Shown: piece by piece, positions 1 to 11,307 of the stretch
How positions within the stretch are numbered: position 1 is the stretch's first letter
How the letters are laid out: each line of letters opens with the position of its first letter
Assembly: GCA_036630325.1 (NCBI GenBank)
Contig: CP142727.1
Location: forward strand, 930,001-994,000
DNA: 64,000 nt
Direction of reading: 5' to 3'
Origin: Vairimorpha necatrix
Lineage: Eukaryota
The notes under the pieces: generated by a model
Database searches by the model: none
Told to the model about the DNA's origin: nothing
The model's input: the letters and a program-made list of their open reading frames with translations, nothing else
Program-made: the position numbers and the translations under genes

Positions 1-691
1 TTATTTCATACTTTACACATAAATTCACGATATATTGATTAACAAATTCTCTACCGTTGTCGGTATGAAGTATAAAACAAGATCCAAACGTATTGAATAG
101 TGTTTCAAAGGCATCACGCACACTAATGCCAGTTTTGTCACGCAATGGAACCGTCCAACAGAACTTGGTAAATGAATCCACTACGTTAAGTAACCATTTA
201 TACCCATCATTGAGTTCGTGATACAATCGAAGATCAATCAAATCAGCAATATACCTTTCTCTAGGATATTTTGAAATGATTGGTCTAATAACTGGTCTAG
301 TTATTAGGTTTCTTCTTGCTTGACAAATATCACAACTTTTCAAAACTCTCAGTACTTCGTTTTGAGTAACGTCGTATACTTTTGATTGTAACAATGGATA
401 CAATCTGTCACGCCCAGGATGTCCATTAAAAACATGAATCAGTTTGATGAAATCCGGTTTGAAACGCTGCTCATTGGTTGTAAAGAATCTCAATGATCTA
501 TATTGATCTACTTTAAACCTCACAATTAGTTCAAAACTTCCATTGTTATTTTCTTCAAACAACATGAAACGTTCAGCTTTTCTTTTAAAATTTTTACGAT
601 CAACTTTGTCCAACAACGTTGGTGGCAGCTGACCATATAATAAAAAATTATAAACTTCTTGTCTTTTATCATTGTCCATTTTTATTCTCAT
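1..691 (-). CDS. Ginger2/TDD-like (KRBA2/SCAND3-type) DDE integrase/transposase, N-terminal 230 aa, runs off the window edge
   Basis: Manual translation from ATG at 691 is open to position 2: MRIKMDNDKRQEVYNFLLYG...IHVFNGHPGRDRLY...CDICQ (HHCC)...RERYIADLIDL...LNVVDSFTKFCW...ILHTDNGREFVN. GGGG motif just upstream of the ATG. No RT or gag upstream. Absent from the ORF track because the stop lies outside the window. Confidence 0.82.
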   Translation of the reverse strand, partial: MRIKMDNDKRQEVYNFLLYGQLPPTLLDKVDRKNFKRKAERFMLFEENNNGSFELIVRFKVDQYRSLRFFTTNEQRFKPDFIKLIHVFNGHPGRDRLYPLLQSKVYDVTQNEVLRVLKSCDICQARRNLITRPVIRPIISKYPRERYIADLIDLRLYHELNDGYKWLLNVVDSFTKFCWTVPLRDKTGISVRDAFETLFNTFGSCFILHTDNGREFVNQYIVNLCVKYEI

Positions 692-794
692 AACCCCACA
701 AAACAAAAAATTATTTACTAAAAATTGAAGGATAATGTTACTGTATTTTCTTAATAATATTTTTTTTCCTTTTTTAGTAAATTTTGTTTTTCTT

Positions 795-832
795 CGAGAG
801 GTCCTGGGTTCGATCCCCACAGAGCTCTTTTT
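795..832 (+). pseudogene. tRNA 3'-half fragment (tRNA-Pro-like; B box plus T-tract)
   Basis: CGAGAGGTCCTGGGTTCGATCCCCACAGAGCTC-TTTTT. T-arm TGGG/TTCGATC/CCCA; resembles the 3' half of eukaryotic tRNA-Pro. No 5' half or A box. Confidence 0.6.
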
Positions 833-2039
833 AGGGTTCCCTCTACTAACTGGTTCCCTCTACTAACTGCGACATATATTATCCAAATTGAAATGTGTAT
901 GTCAATTTTGTCTTAAACACTTAAAAATTGAAAAAAACATGTCTATAGATATCTGAAATACTATACTGTTAACAGGAACCAAAAATAACGCAAATATAAT
1001 AAACTTATAATTTAAATTTTACTAAAAGATACTGTTAAGACATCAATTCGGCATATACGACATACTTTCAAATATATTTCGGCTTCTAAATTGACAGTTC
1101 TTTTATTACGACAATGTTTTTTTTATTTAATGTATACTGTTTTTTATATCAAAGATATAACCAATAAAGTCTTTTCAAATATATGAATGACGACAATTCT
1201 CAGTTTGTTGCTCATACAAATAATTTAAAATAATATTTACCACGGGACGTCAATGTAATTACTGAGATTAACCCATGATCACTTCTTGTAGATACTTACT
1301 TAAATTTTTTCTCTTTAAATATTTACTGTAGCTAATTCTAAATATTTTACATATTTAAAACTATGATAAATAACGAGGAGCTAAATTATGTAACAATATG
1401 TATTAAAAACATGATTTGAGCAAAAATAAAGGAGCTAATTTATATGTTGGTTCTTAGACTCTGCAAACAATAACTAATGTAAATCTTATTTTTTAACATC
1501 TTATTAAACTATCAAAAATAAAGAATTCGCTTCTTTTGCATGTATAATTAAAGTACAATAGGCGGAGATACTCTCAAATAAAACGTGCGATGGTTACAAA
1601 GCTTGAGATTTATTTATTTGCTATTAGTTTTCACTTTTTGTTTATATTGTCTAAGCATTGCCCCATTTATTGTTTTGAAGTTTGTACACTAACAACACTA
1701 AGTTTTATGAAGAAAATCAATTGGAACTGAGTCTTATGTCCCAATGAAAAAATATAATGATCCAAAGAAAACGATATGCAACAAATTTATATCAAGAATG
1801 CGGATATTGTATTTTTGTCCCTTTTACAAAACAGAGGAGAAAAACAATGATATAGCATTGGTTTAAAATTCAATTTAAGTATATTTAAAGCAATGATAGA
1901 ACAACATAGCTTAAGTAACATTGTTTTTATGTTTTCTTGGTATTATAGATGTTGTTGTTTTATGTAATTCTATCTAATATTAGTAAAATATGAACTTTGA
2001 AAAAGAAATTTAATGGTAGGGTTTGTACTTAAAAAATAA

Positions 2040-2310
2040 TGACTCATTCTTTTTAAATAAAAAAGTATTTGTTAAAAATTAAAATTACAGTTTCTGGGTT
2101 CTGTTTTAATTTGATGATAAATATTGCATAAACGAATAAATCATGTTTAATAATAAACATTGTACGTTTGGCTTGTTTTGCTCTCAGAACTACCCTAAAA
2201 TAGATTTCTAATTCTTCTCTTGCCCAAATTCTTCCCTCTGTTTTTTTAAAGAAGGCAAAAAAACAAAACAAAACTATATGCAAATTTGTTAAAAAATGTT
2301 TTCTTTAGCC
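2040..2310 (-). mobile_element. Merlin-family 5'-end remnant
   Basis: Minus strand begins GGCTAAAG, then (T)EGRIWAREELEIY, homologous to the Merlin start at 46399-46507 (MEERIRTGRELEIIY). Left boundary uncertain. Confidence 0.4.
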
Positions 2311-3689
2311 ATTTATTGTTACTATTAAAACTACTCAACAATTATTGTTATGATAATTTGTTTGTTTGCTAAAAGTAAGCAGCGATATTAACATTTAATT
2401 TAGGAAAGAATATATTCCAATGTTTTATTAATGCAGTTATTATTATATGATAGATTGTGTCGAACAATCAAAAATTTGCAAACTACAACGGAAATGGAAT
2501 CACAAGCGTTTTATTTATCATACAAATATTTTTTGTAATAATATGATCTTAAGTGATCACAAACGATATATTAATTAACATATTAAAAATTAAACAATGA
2601 TTTTTACTCTTAATACGTTGGTATATGTAATTTAGAAAAATAAGATAAAATTGTCACATCATTATGTTTTACTCTTGATTAAAAAGCTAAGACCGCAAAT
2701 AAACACTCTAAGTAACAAAAAAACAATCGCACATATTAAAACCATATATATAATGTTAATAGCGCAGTAAACAAGGTAGGATTATCAGAAAAATAGCGTT
2801 CTCTTCGATTTAAGTATATGTTTATTCTAGATTGATATTTATATTTGATTCCTATGACTACTTATGGTTTTAGATGGTGCACAGGCAGTAAATATCGTTA
2901 GCCTCTAGAATAAATCAAAGTTTTTAGTTTACAAAGAAGGTTAAGAAACTTTAGTCCGGCAAACTCGAAGAACTAAAAAATATCAATTAGAGAAATAAAA
3001 AAGAATTTCTGACATAATAGTACATTGTTGATCATAAGAAACCTCTGTATCTTATATAGAGCCATATATATATGATATTATAAAATGTTATGTGGTTTTT
3101 AACAAGAAAGTTGCAATTAATGTTCGTTTTTTTAAAAAAATTTATAATTCGAACGACTTATTTTACAATTGCTAACAGATAGCTACTTAAAATAAGAAAG
3201 AGCAAAATTACACCCAATGTAATGAATGGTACAGTTATCTTGTCACATAAATCTGCTGATATTTTTAGATCTAAATAAAAAAGCTAGAAAATTATTTTTG
3301 TACTTAAAAACATATATGAATGGAAATGACACAGACTGCTAGTTGTCAATAAATGGTTTTTTCAAATGCAATATGTTGAAATTCTTTTAGAAGATTAAAT
3401 AACGTATACAATTGTTACTTTATCCCTATAAATTATTTTTATTGAAAGCAGTAGACAAGTTAGAAAGAAATTTTATGTTTATTTTAAACCTTTTTTTATA
3501 TGTTTGTGTTTGAAACAACCATCTGTGTTAGCCATGCTGAGATTGACGAACTTGTGCTTAGATAGTTTGGAATAGAATAAAGGGCAACAATTGATAATAA
3601 AAGACACAATGATTTAAATTGTATAATCTATGTGATATTATAAAAAAACGAATTCAATTTTGATATGCTTATTGTAATTTATATTAATA

Positions 3690-4200
3690 GTTTAACAGGG
3701 ATAGGTTCCGTGTTGGCGCCCCCTGCTTGTGGGCGGCTTCTCGTCTTCATAATCCTTTCCACATAAAGTTCGTCTTCTCTCCGTCTATAGTCCAGATAAA
3801 TGGTTTCTAGCGTCTTCTTTAGCGTGATCATCTGGGCGCACGCTTCTACTTTCTTAGGAATTTCAAACTTTTAGTATAAGATTTGTGAAACTTAGTCAAT
3901 ATACCGTTCCAAGTAATTATGTAGGGATTTATTTCTGTTTTAAAACCATATATTAGTCCCTGTTCCTTCGCAAGGACATCATACTTCAGTAACGAATCGT
4001 TTTTTACTTGCTGTAAATTCTCTTGTGATGTGACACCTATTTTGATTCTATTGATCAATTTGTTCTTTTTATCTACCACGACAACGTCAGTTTATTATAT
4101 TGATCTTTATGTAGTTTTTACCATTGTGTCTATTCTTATTTCCACATCTTTGTTGATAACTATCAGTTGTACTGGGTGGTTTCTTAATCTCTTCTTAAAT
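3690..4200 (-). pseudogene. R4/Dong-like non-LTR retrotransposon 3' fragment (restriction-like endonuclease)
   Basis: VDKKNKLI..IGVTSQENL..KYDVLAKEQGLIYG..PYIITWNGILTKFH, homologous to the RLE end of the element at 11308-15534. Confidence 0.72.
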
Positions 4201-5007
4201 ATAATTTTACATGTATATTTATAAAAATATAGCTTTTATGCTAGTATCTTAATCTTAGTATAATTTTCTTTTGATTTTTTTTTACAACAAACAACCAATT
4301 ATTACTATATTATTTGATCAAGATCAATCCGAAATTTAAATCTTTTGTTAATAGTTTTACAAATTCTCCCTATTCATTTCATATTTGTTGTTTTTACCTA
4401 TATTTTATTCTTAAAAAGAACTCGAAGATGAAAAAAAAACATCACAAAATGATGGGGTTGACATCTTGTAGCGTGAGACTGTAAAAGAGAATAATGACAC
4501 AAAACCATACATATAACTTTTCGTAGTGTATGCGCCTATATCATTATGGCAGATGTCATATTCATCATCCGTCAATGGTTTCAATGGACCTATCGAGAAA
4601 ATCATTAAACAAACAGACAAAAATATCTTTTAAATATGTACAAAGGTGTAAAGACACTAACAGTTGGTGTTCATGTTTGTTCAGAGGTTATATTAAAAAA
4701 ATTATAGAAAGAAGTTTGTAAAGGAAGGACTGAGGATTATGGTATTTTTTTAGAGTTGAGGATATAGAGGATAATAAAAACACTTTTATGTTTAGCTATA
4801 AAAAACCAGCACAAATAGTAAAACATCTTTCAAATAGACGACTCTATAAATATTTAAACTAATATTATTTCCGACGACCCGAATTAAAAGATCGATAAAA
4901 CTCGAAATTATGGAGTTGGTTATGAAAAATTATAATTTTAAATTACTTAATTTTAATATTGTATTTTTTCAGTTAATTATTCCTCTTTTCTTAATTTATC
5001 CCCTTTG

Positions 5008-5432
5008 GTGGCCAGGACTCATGTCTCGACTTCAATTACAGAAGATAAAAGCAAAAAGAGATCCCCTGCAAAGGCAAGGCGATGCTCTTTCAGCATCAGA
5101 AAGTCAGAAAAGAAAACGAGAAAGTCTAGTTTTACTGTTTGAAAAAATTAAAAGCTACAACAGAAGAAAATTTCTTGTTTGTGTAGTCGAATTCGACTGC
5201 CCTTTATCAGGATAATGAGGAGTAGTTTGGGGAATATGGGAAAGAACACAAACAGTCAAGCTCCTCGATTTATATCCCAGTCTATTATGAAACTACAAGG
5301 TGTATTTGAGAAACATCTCATTTCTTTGCTACAAGCTTTTTATTGACGACTGAGCATGCAAAAAGAGTGACTTTACTGCCAAGTGAAATAAAACTTATGT
5401 ACAAAGTCAAGGGGTATGATCAGAACATGTAA
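5008..5432 (+). pseudogene. Divergent histone H3-like (CenH3-like) pseudogene, copy 1
   Basis: CCCC motif, then GTG-ARTH...TRKSSFTV*KN*KLQQ...RLPFIRIMRSSLGNMGKNTNSQAPRFISQSIMKLQGVFEKHLISLLQA / frameshift / LTTEHAKRVTLLPSEIKLMYKVKGYDQNM*. Matches H3 MART, LPF, RF and HAKRVT. Stops and frameshifts present. Confidence 0.82.
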
Positions 5433-5717
5433 TGGAGTGATCAGATTTAAATATTGTAACCCCGAGGGGAAACCTTCCCAGTTAAAAAAGAGTATTCCAA
5501 AATACTTTTAATAAACTTCTTTTTTTTAATCATTTTCCCTTCTGAACTCTCTGAGGCTACGTTCTTTGCCTCTTCGCCATCACTGCTTGTGTACCCTTCC
5601 TTTCTGATTTTATTTATAGGAAAAAAAATTCTAGAAAATTCATTGATTGTTTTGACAGGGTGGAAATGCAATATAATAGGTAGAAGGCTTAAGAGAACTA
5701 GCTGCACATGTATTTGA

Positions 5718-6838
5718 GGCGCTACGATTATTTACAGAACCAAAAAAAATATAGAGCAAAAAAGGAGGAGCAAGCAGGAGACCAGAAATATGACCTCTTG
5801 GATAAATAAAAACATAACATGATTATAAATTAAATTTTGAATAGGTCTAATTAATATGTACTCTTATTTAATTCGGATTTCTGTTGTGTCATTAGTATTA
5901 TTTCTTCAAAAGCAAACATATTCAAAATGCGACTTATATCTTTAACTGTTTGATTTTGAGCTGGTACTACTCTTTTTACTGCAGACCAAGTTCTTCGATT
6001 GTTTGGTATTAACTCCATTCGTTGGTTTTACGAAACTGATTGAATGTTTGCTGTATGTGGGGTCATATATTGCTATTTTTCTGAAAAACGTATCCTTTCC
6101 AGCAATCTATATATTTTATGGAACTAAGAAGTACGTGTTCTTTGTTGAGACTTTCTAAAATTTCGGCCTTGCTATTTTTACTTGATGTAAGACTATCCCC
6201 CTTTTGATTGTTCTTTCGACCATTCTAAGTGCCCAGAATCCCTCAACTTTGTGCACTTTATTGTATTTTATTTTTATAAATTTTGATTCTTCCGAATCTA
6301 CACCAATACATAGTCCTTCAATCTTATATTTGCCGTAACAATTTTACTAACTTTACTGCTAATTGTATTGATTGTTTTTTTAGTTATAGATATTTTTTTT
6401 CTTAGTTTTAGGAGTAATTTTCAGAAATAAAAAAACTACGTGGCATATTTTAACCATGGTAGTCTTGCTAAAAGAGGGGTTTTGTTTGTTAAACCCGTTT
6501 CTTTTCTACATGTTCTCGTCAACATTTGAGTTTATTTGGGTTGTTTTTTTTTTGCTAAATTGCAAATTTTATATACGAGAGAGACAGTAAATGGGGTTCG
6601 ATATATTTTTTTATTGTATTCATGATTTCTTCGACTTCATTATAGTTCTAGGTCATACTGATGGTTTGTTTTAAAATTTAGATAATTATAACATATTGCC
6701 TGACAAATGAGTGTTAAAATTTAATTTATATTTATTTTGTGCTTTTATTTAGTATTTTTAACATCAAAAGAGGCCAGTATTTTTAATCTGCTGCTTGCGT
6801 CTCCTTTTTATGGGGCGCTACTTCATTTTCTTGCCCCC
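5718..6838 (-). mobile_element. Degenerate Merlin/ISXO2-type transposon
   Basis: Minus strand KIEGLCIGVDSEESKFIKNKYNKVHKVEGFWALRMVERT; eroded TIR-family sequence (AAAGGAGGAGCAAG) near 5760. Boundaries approximate. Confidence 0.68.
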
Positions 6839-6977
6839 CTAAAAAAATTTATTGTACAATCTAATGTATAAAGTTCTAAAACTTAGTTAAAAGAAACCCT
6901 TTAACAACTTTATTTAAATATTTGATGCTTTTTTATATATGAATTGCTTTTAAAAATAAATATATGCTATGCCTAAT

Positions 6978-8215
6978 GGCCAAAGGTCTAATAACCCCCC
7001 TCTTGCGGGTTCACTTTATTGCCGAACCCCAAAATTGAAGTGCAAAAAAGGAGGAGCAAGAAAAGGACAAAATTATCTCATAAATTTTAACATTAAAATG
7101 CAAAATAAAACTAGAAAAAAGACTTTAAATCATGGTGATCCAAGAAATGTTTAAGAAAATGATCTTTTATTATCTTTTCGAAGGTTTACTTAGGATTATT
7201 TTTTTTAAATGTAAATAAATTAAGAAATAAATTTTACATCTTTTTCTGTCCTATATCTGGCAGAAATCACTCTTTTTACACCAGCCCATGTTTCTTAGAT
7301 TGTGTTGGCATGAAAACCGCTCTTTGATTTTATAGAACCAAGGGAATGATTAATAGTAATGTGTTCGTACGGGACTAATTGGATTAAATTTTTTATCCTC
7401 TCTAATAATCAGTAAACACGATACAACCGGGAAGTACATAATCTTTTATAATCTTTCAAAAGTCGAAGTCTTTCTATTTTTAACTTTAAGTAAGACTAGA
7501 TCTCGCTCCGTAGTCCTTTCCACCATCCCGAGTACCCATGCGCCTTCGACTTTATGGCCTTTGTTGTCTTTTTTCTTTCCGAATTTAGATTCGTCGATTT
7601 CTACAATTATACCTGATCCTCCAATAGTTTTATTACCAGTTATGTGATTACTAATTTTTTTGATAATTCTATAAATTGTTTTTTTATTGAGACTGAGAAG
7701 TTTTTAATTGTTTTTATTGCTGTATTTTCAATAAAAAGAAATATGACCTGGCAAATTATCAGCCAAGGCAATTTAGATCTTTAAAAGGTTTTTTTTGTTG
7801 TGATGAGCTCTTTTCTGCAATTTTTTTTTGTATTTGTAAACGTCGTTTTACTTTCCCATAGTATATTGGCCAAAACTTTGATTTTAAAGTATAAAAAATT
7901 ATTTTCTTTATAATTTTCGCAACGTCTTGTAGACTTCTGTCATTTTTAAATTTTTAAAGGGCTATTAATAAAAAATAGTATAAAAAAACTTAAATTATTT
8001 ATTTTTAAAAATTTTAAGAGGAACCCTTTTATTTCTATTTCTTAATTTCAAATTTACTTTTAATCCACTTTATATCTTAGTTTTGTATTTTTAATATTAA
8101 AAGGTACAAGTAAACTGAGTGATAGTGGAAGCGTCTCTTTTTTTGCACTTCAATTTTTGGGTTTGAAAAAACAAGTGAACACGCCCAAAAGAGGGATCTG
8201 TGGTACCCCACCTCC
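6978..8215 (-). mobile_element. Degenerate Merlin/ISXO2-type transposon
   Basis: Minus strand TIGGSGIIVEIDESKFGKKKDNKGHKVEGAWVLGMVERT; TIR core GTTCACTTTATT...CCCAAAATTGAAGTGCAAAAAAGG at both ends. No TSD match seen. Confidence 0.82.
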
Positions 8216-8249
8216 TTTTTTTATTCATTCCCCCTTTTTATATGTATAG

Positions 8250-10450
8250 TATTGTGGTAACTTACTTTACATGAATTGACGAGTCTCTTCGGATACTGCT
8301 ATCTGTTTATGGAGAACTAAAACTTAATCCGTCTGAGATCAAACTATCTAGCAGTTTATTCTCTCTGCTTCCATACGATGACAATTGTTTTGCCCTAGAT
8401 GTACAGAAAGACCAAAGATCCCATAAAATCCTCCATGTATCATGTGTTCCATAAATCTTTAGTACTCATTTTACTGAGACTATCTTAAAGTCCCAAAATG
8501 ATTTATTTAGTTTTTATCTGTAATTCAATCTCTTTACAACCAAATATTTTATAAAAATTTGAAAATAATCCCACTGACATTTTAGAGGTATAAAGTTCTA
8601 CAATATTGTGATATTGTATTTTCAAGCAGATTGACTCATAATGGCTGCATAAATAGCAGTATTGCCTACCATTATACTCGGGCTCTCTTAATTGCCTGTA
8701 TTCTAGATATCGGTCATTGTAAATATTCGTCTCAGTAGCATACTTCTTGTGAATTCTAAGTTCAACCCCAAGGCTTATAAATTAGGTCTTTATGAGCTTA
8801 GTCCACATGATCTATGAATTATATGTTTTGTTACATAATTAAACAGCGTCGAATTTTTATGTGGAGATGGTATCTACAAACATACTGCCTATCTATTATT
8901 ATATCCAGGATTTATTCTTAAACATAATCAGTATTTGTGCATGGGGAAGTCCATGTCCGTAAAACCCAATAGAATATAAATGGGGCAGGAAATCCGCATT
9001 AAACATCCTGACATTATCTAATCCCGTATACTGTTATAATTCGAGTTGCAGAATTTTACTCTTAATTTAGGTCTATTAACTGCTGTTTATCATTAAGATA
9101 AAATAACTTTTATCTTCATCTAATTTTCATAGCAAGTCATAGAAATAAAAAGACTAGGTGTGGCATTGTGACCACATAACATCAATATTTCTTAAAGGAT
9201 GAATATACAATTTTTAATTATTATACCTCATTCTTATTTTAAAATAATTTATTTTAAACCACGCAAAAAAAGGAGATGAACCCAAAGGAGAAAGTATTAA
9301 ATAAAAATAATTACATTAAACATTATAAAAGCCTGGCAGGGACAGCCGGGCAAACATATAGTTCTTTAGAGTATTACTTTATAACAATCCGCATCCCTGT
9401 GCAGCACGCCTCTAGGCTTGACGTAACACATGAAAATAGACAACCATGATGATAAAGTTTTCTCGTGTTCCATGATCAAACCTGAAAGCTTAATATTAAG
9501 ATCACGGGGTTGCCACTACTTTCATATATAATAGTTTTATAATTTACACAGCCTTTGTAAGGATCTAGACCAACTACTTCTAATTTAATTTTATTAAGTA
9601 AAAGATATTTGTTTTAAATTGTAAATACGAATCGATTTCTAATGTCAATGACAATTTATACATATAAAATACAATTAAATTCTTCATTTTTTGTAGATAT
9701 TGTGTATCTATTATACATTACTTTACAAAAATATCTTATGTGCCTCTCGAAGAAATCATTTAATTCTTGAGTTTGAGGTCCACCCAACCTCCTCGTAGAG
9801 ATAGAACAAAGTTGATGTCATTTGATCTGATTGGGAACTTAAAATATAAAGATGTAAGCTATCTAAGTTCAGACCCTTGCTATATACATCAACATCTCGT
9901 TTGAATGGAACACATCAACAGATTTACTTAAAATCATTGTGCTTTAGATTGTAGATCAGCTTATATCATATTCATGTTTTCTAAATTCTTATCAAAGCCG
10001 AAATATCACCTCTTAACTATTTCCATCTCATTTTACTCGTTATTTATCCGGTAATATTCTTGTATGTGTGAATATGTGTGTTTGCTGATCTTTTGAATAC
10101 ATCTAGTGTGATCATAATATTGGAATCGCCGCTTTTTTAGATAAATTCATCATTTTTGAATGTTTGCCATATCACTATTAACTACATAAAATTGACCAAA
10201 CTTCTAGGCGTATTGGATTCCATATTATTGACATTATAAACATTATGATATACTTGGCCATGTATTTTAAATACAATGAAGCAGATTATATAGATTCAAT
10301 CTGATTACGAAAAGATGCAAAGGCTTGCTGATTTGAGAGAAATACTTTTCATGCTAGCTTTATTATCTTTATCCTTTTCATTGATTAAATTCTAAATGTC
10401 ATCAAAAAGTTCATTGATATTTGACTTTCGAAATAATTCATCGTATGTAT
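8250..10450 (-). pseudogene. Decayed Helitron Rep (HUH) region
   Basis: Minus-strand remnants in Helitron order: AFASF, VFKIHGQVYH, FGQFYVV, EEVGW, FISMTC..TAVNRP, GLPHAQILI (HUH-like), VTKHIIHRSCG. Many stops. No helicase seen. Confidence 0.7.
9159..9411 (+). mobile_element. Solo LTR inserted in the Helitron
   Basis: TGTGG...CACGCCT flanked by the 5-bp direct repeat CTAGG (9154-9158, 9412-9416). Termini resemble the TGTGG...CACGCCA LTR family at 37918. Confidence 0.65.
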
Positions 10451-11307
10451 GCCCCATTACTATTTGCTTCCAAGCAAAATTTTTGCAATCAAAAGCTAAA
10501 CTATTTTTTTGGATATTAAAGATAATGTTCGGAAAGATTGCTGGTAGCGGTTCTATTTTTTTATATATGATGTTATGTTGATTATTTACCTGTATTGTTC
10601 GCTGTTTTGGCTAAAGGTGCTAATAGCCACCCTCCCTTCTTAGGGTGTTCACTTTATTTTTTTTACCCAAAAACAAAGTGCAAAATAAAGTAGGGTCGGG
10701 AAGGGGACAAAATTACTAAGCACTTATGACATTAGAAACAACAAATAAACATACGTTTATGTACACAATTATGATTTAATTTAAGTTTGTACATTCATAT
10801 TAATTGATAAAAAATTTTACCCTTCTGGTTTATTAGAATTGGGGACCAAAACGCCATCTCCCGAGGATGTTCACTTTATTATTTTGAACCCAAAAAAAGA
10901 AGTGCAAAATAAAGGAGAAGCAATCATTACCACTCAAAATTAGTTGCATCTTTAAACAGTATAATACCAAATAAATATTTAATTGTATACAAAATTTAAT
11001 TTTAAAAAACAGCTTTACTATAAAATTTTAAATAAATAAACTTATTGTAATTTTATTTTTTGTCTTAACAATCTGTAAAGATCGTAGAAAATTTATTTGA
11101 TTTTTCTTATATAAATAATATTTATAATTTTAATTTTTGGTTTATTGGAAAAGGAGATTTTTTAAGAAACCTTCTTTTATAATAAACCAACAATAAAAAA
11201 AATGAAAAAATAAGAAGGGGCAAAAAACTACAATACCATAAATAATTATTATAACTAAATCTAAATTGATTTTTGTATCTAAGCATATTTTTTTTTTTTG
11301 TTGTTTT

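Larger units (their letters stand above)
1..874 (-). mobile_element. 5' part of a Ginger2-like DNA transposon
   Basis: Stand-alone integrase. Minus-strand terminus TGTCGCAG (ends at 874), followed by two tandem 17-bp repeats (plus strand GGTTCCCTCTACTAACT at 835-851 and 852-868). The other end is outside the window. Confidence 0.62.

Noticed and set aside
795-832. Functional tRNA gene
   Set aside because: Only the 3' half is present; the upstream sequence is T-rich with no D-arm, A box or anticodon loop.
831-874. Telomeric repeat or CRISPR array
   Set aside because: A single TTAGGG and two abutting 17-bp repeats with no spacers; better explained as a transposon end.
4400-4721. Possible CCCH zinc-finger gene (YHYGRCHIHHP)
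   Set aside because: The motif is incomplete and split across frames; not enough support.
4910-5215. ORF-track proteins at 4910-5215, and 18781-18978 as a real gene
   Set aside because: The first is an off-frame reading of the H3-like pseudogene; the second is a fragment of the other copy.
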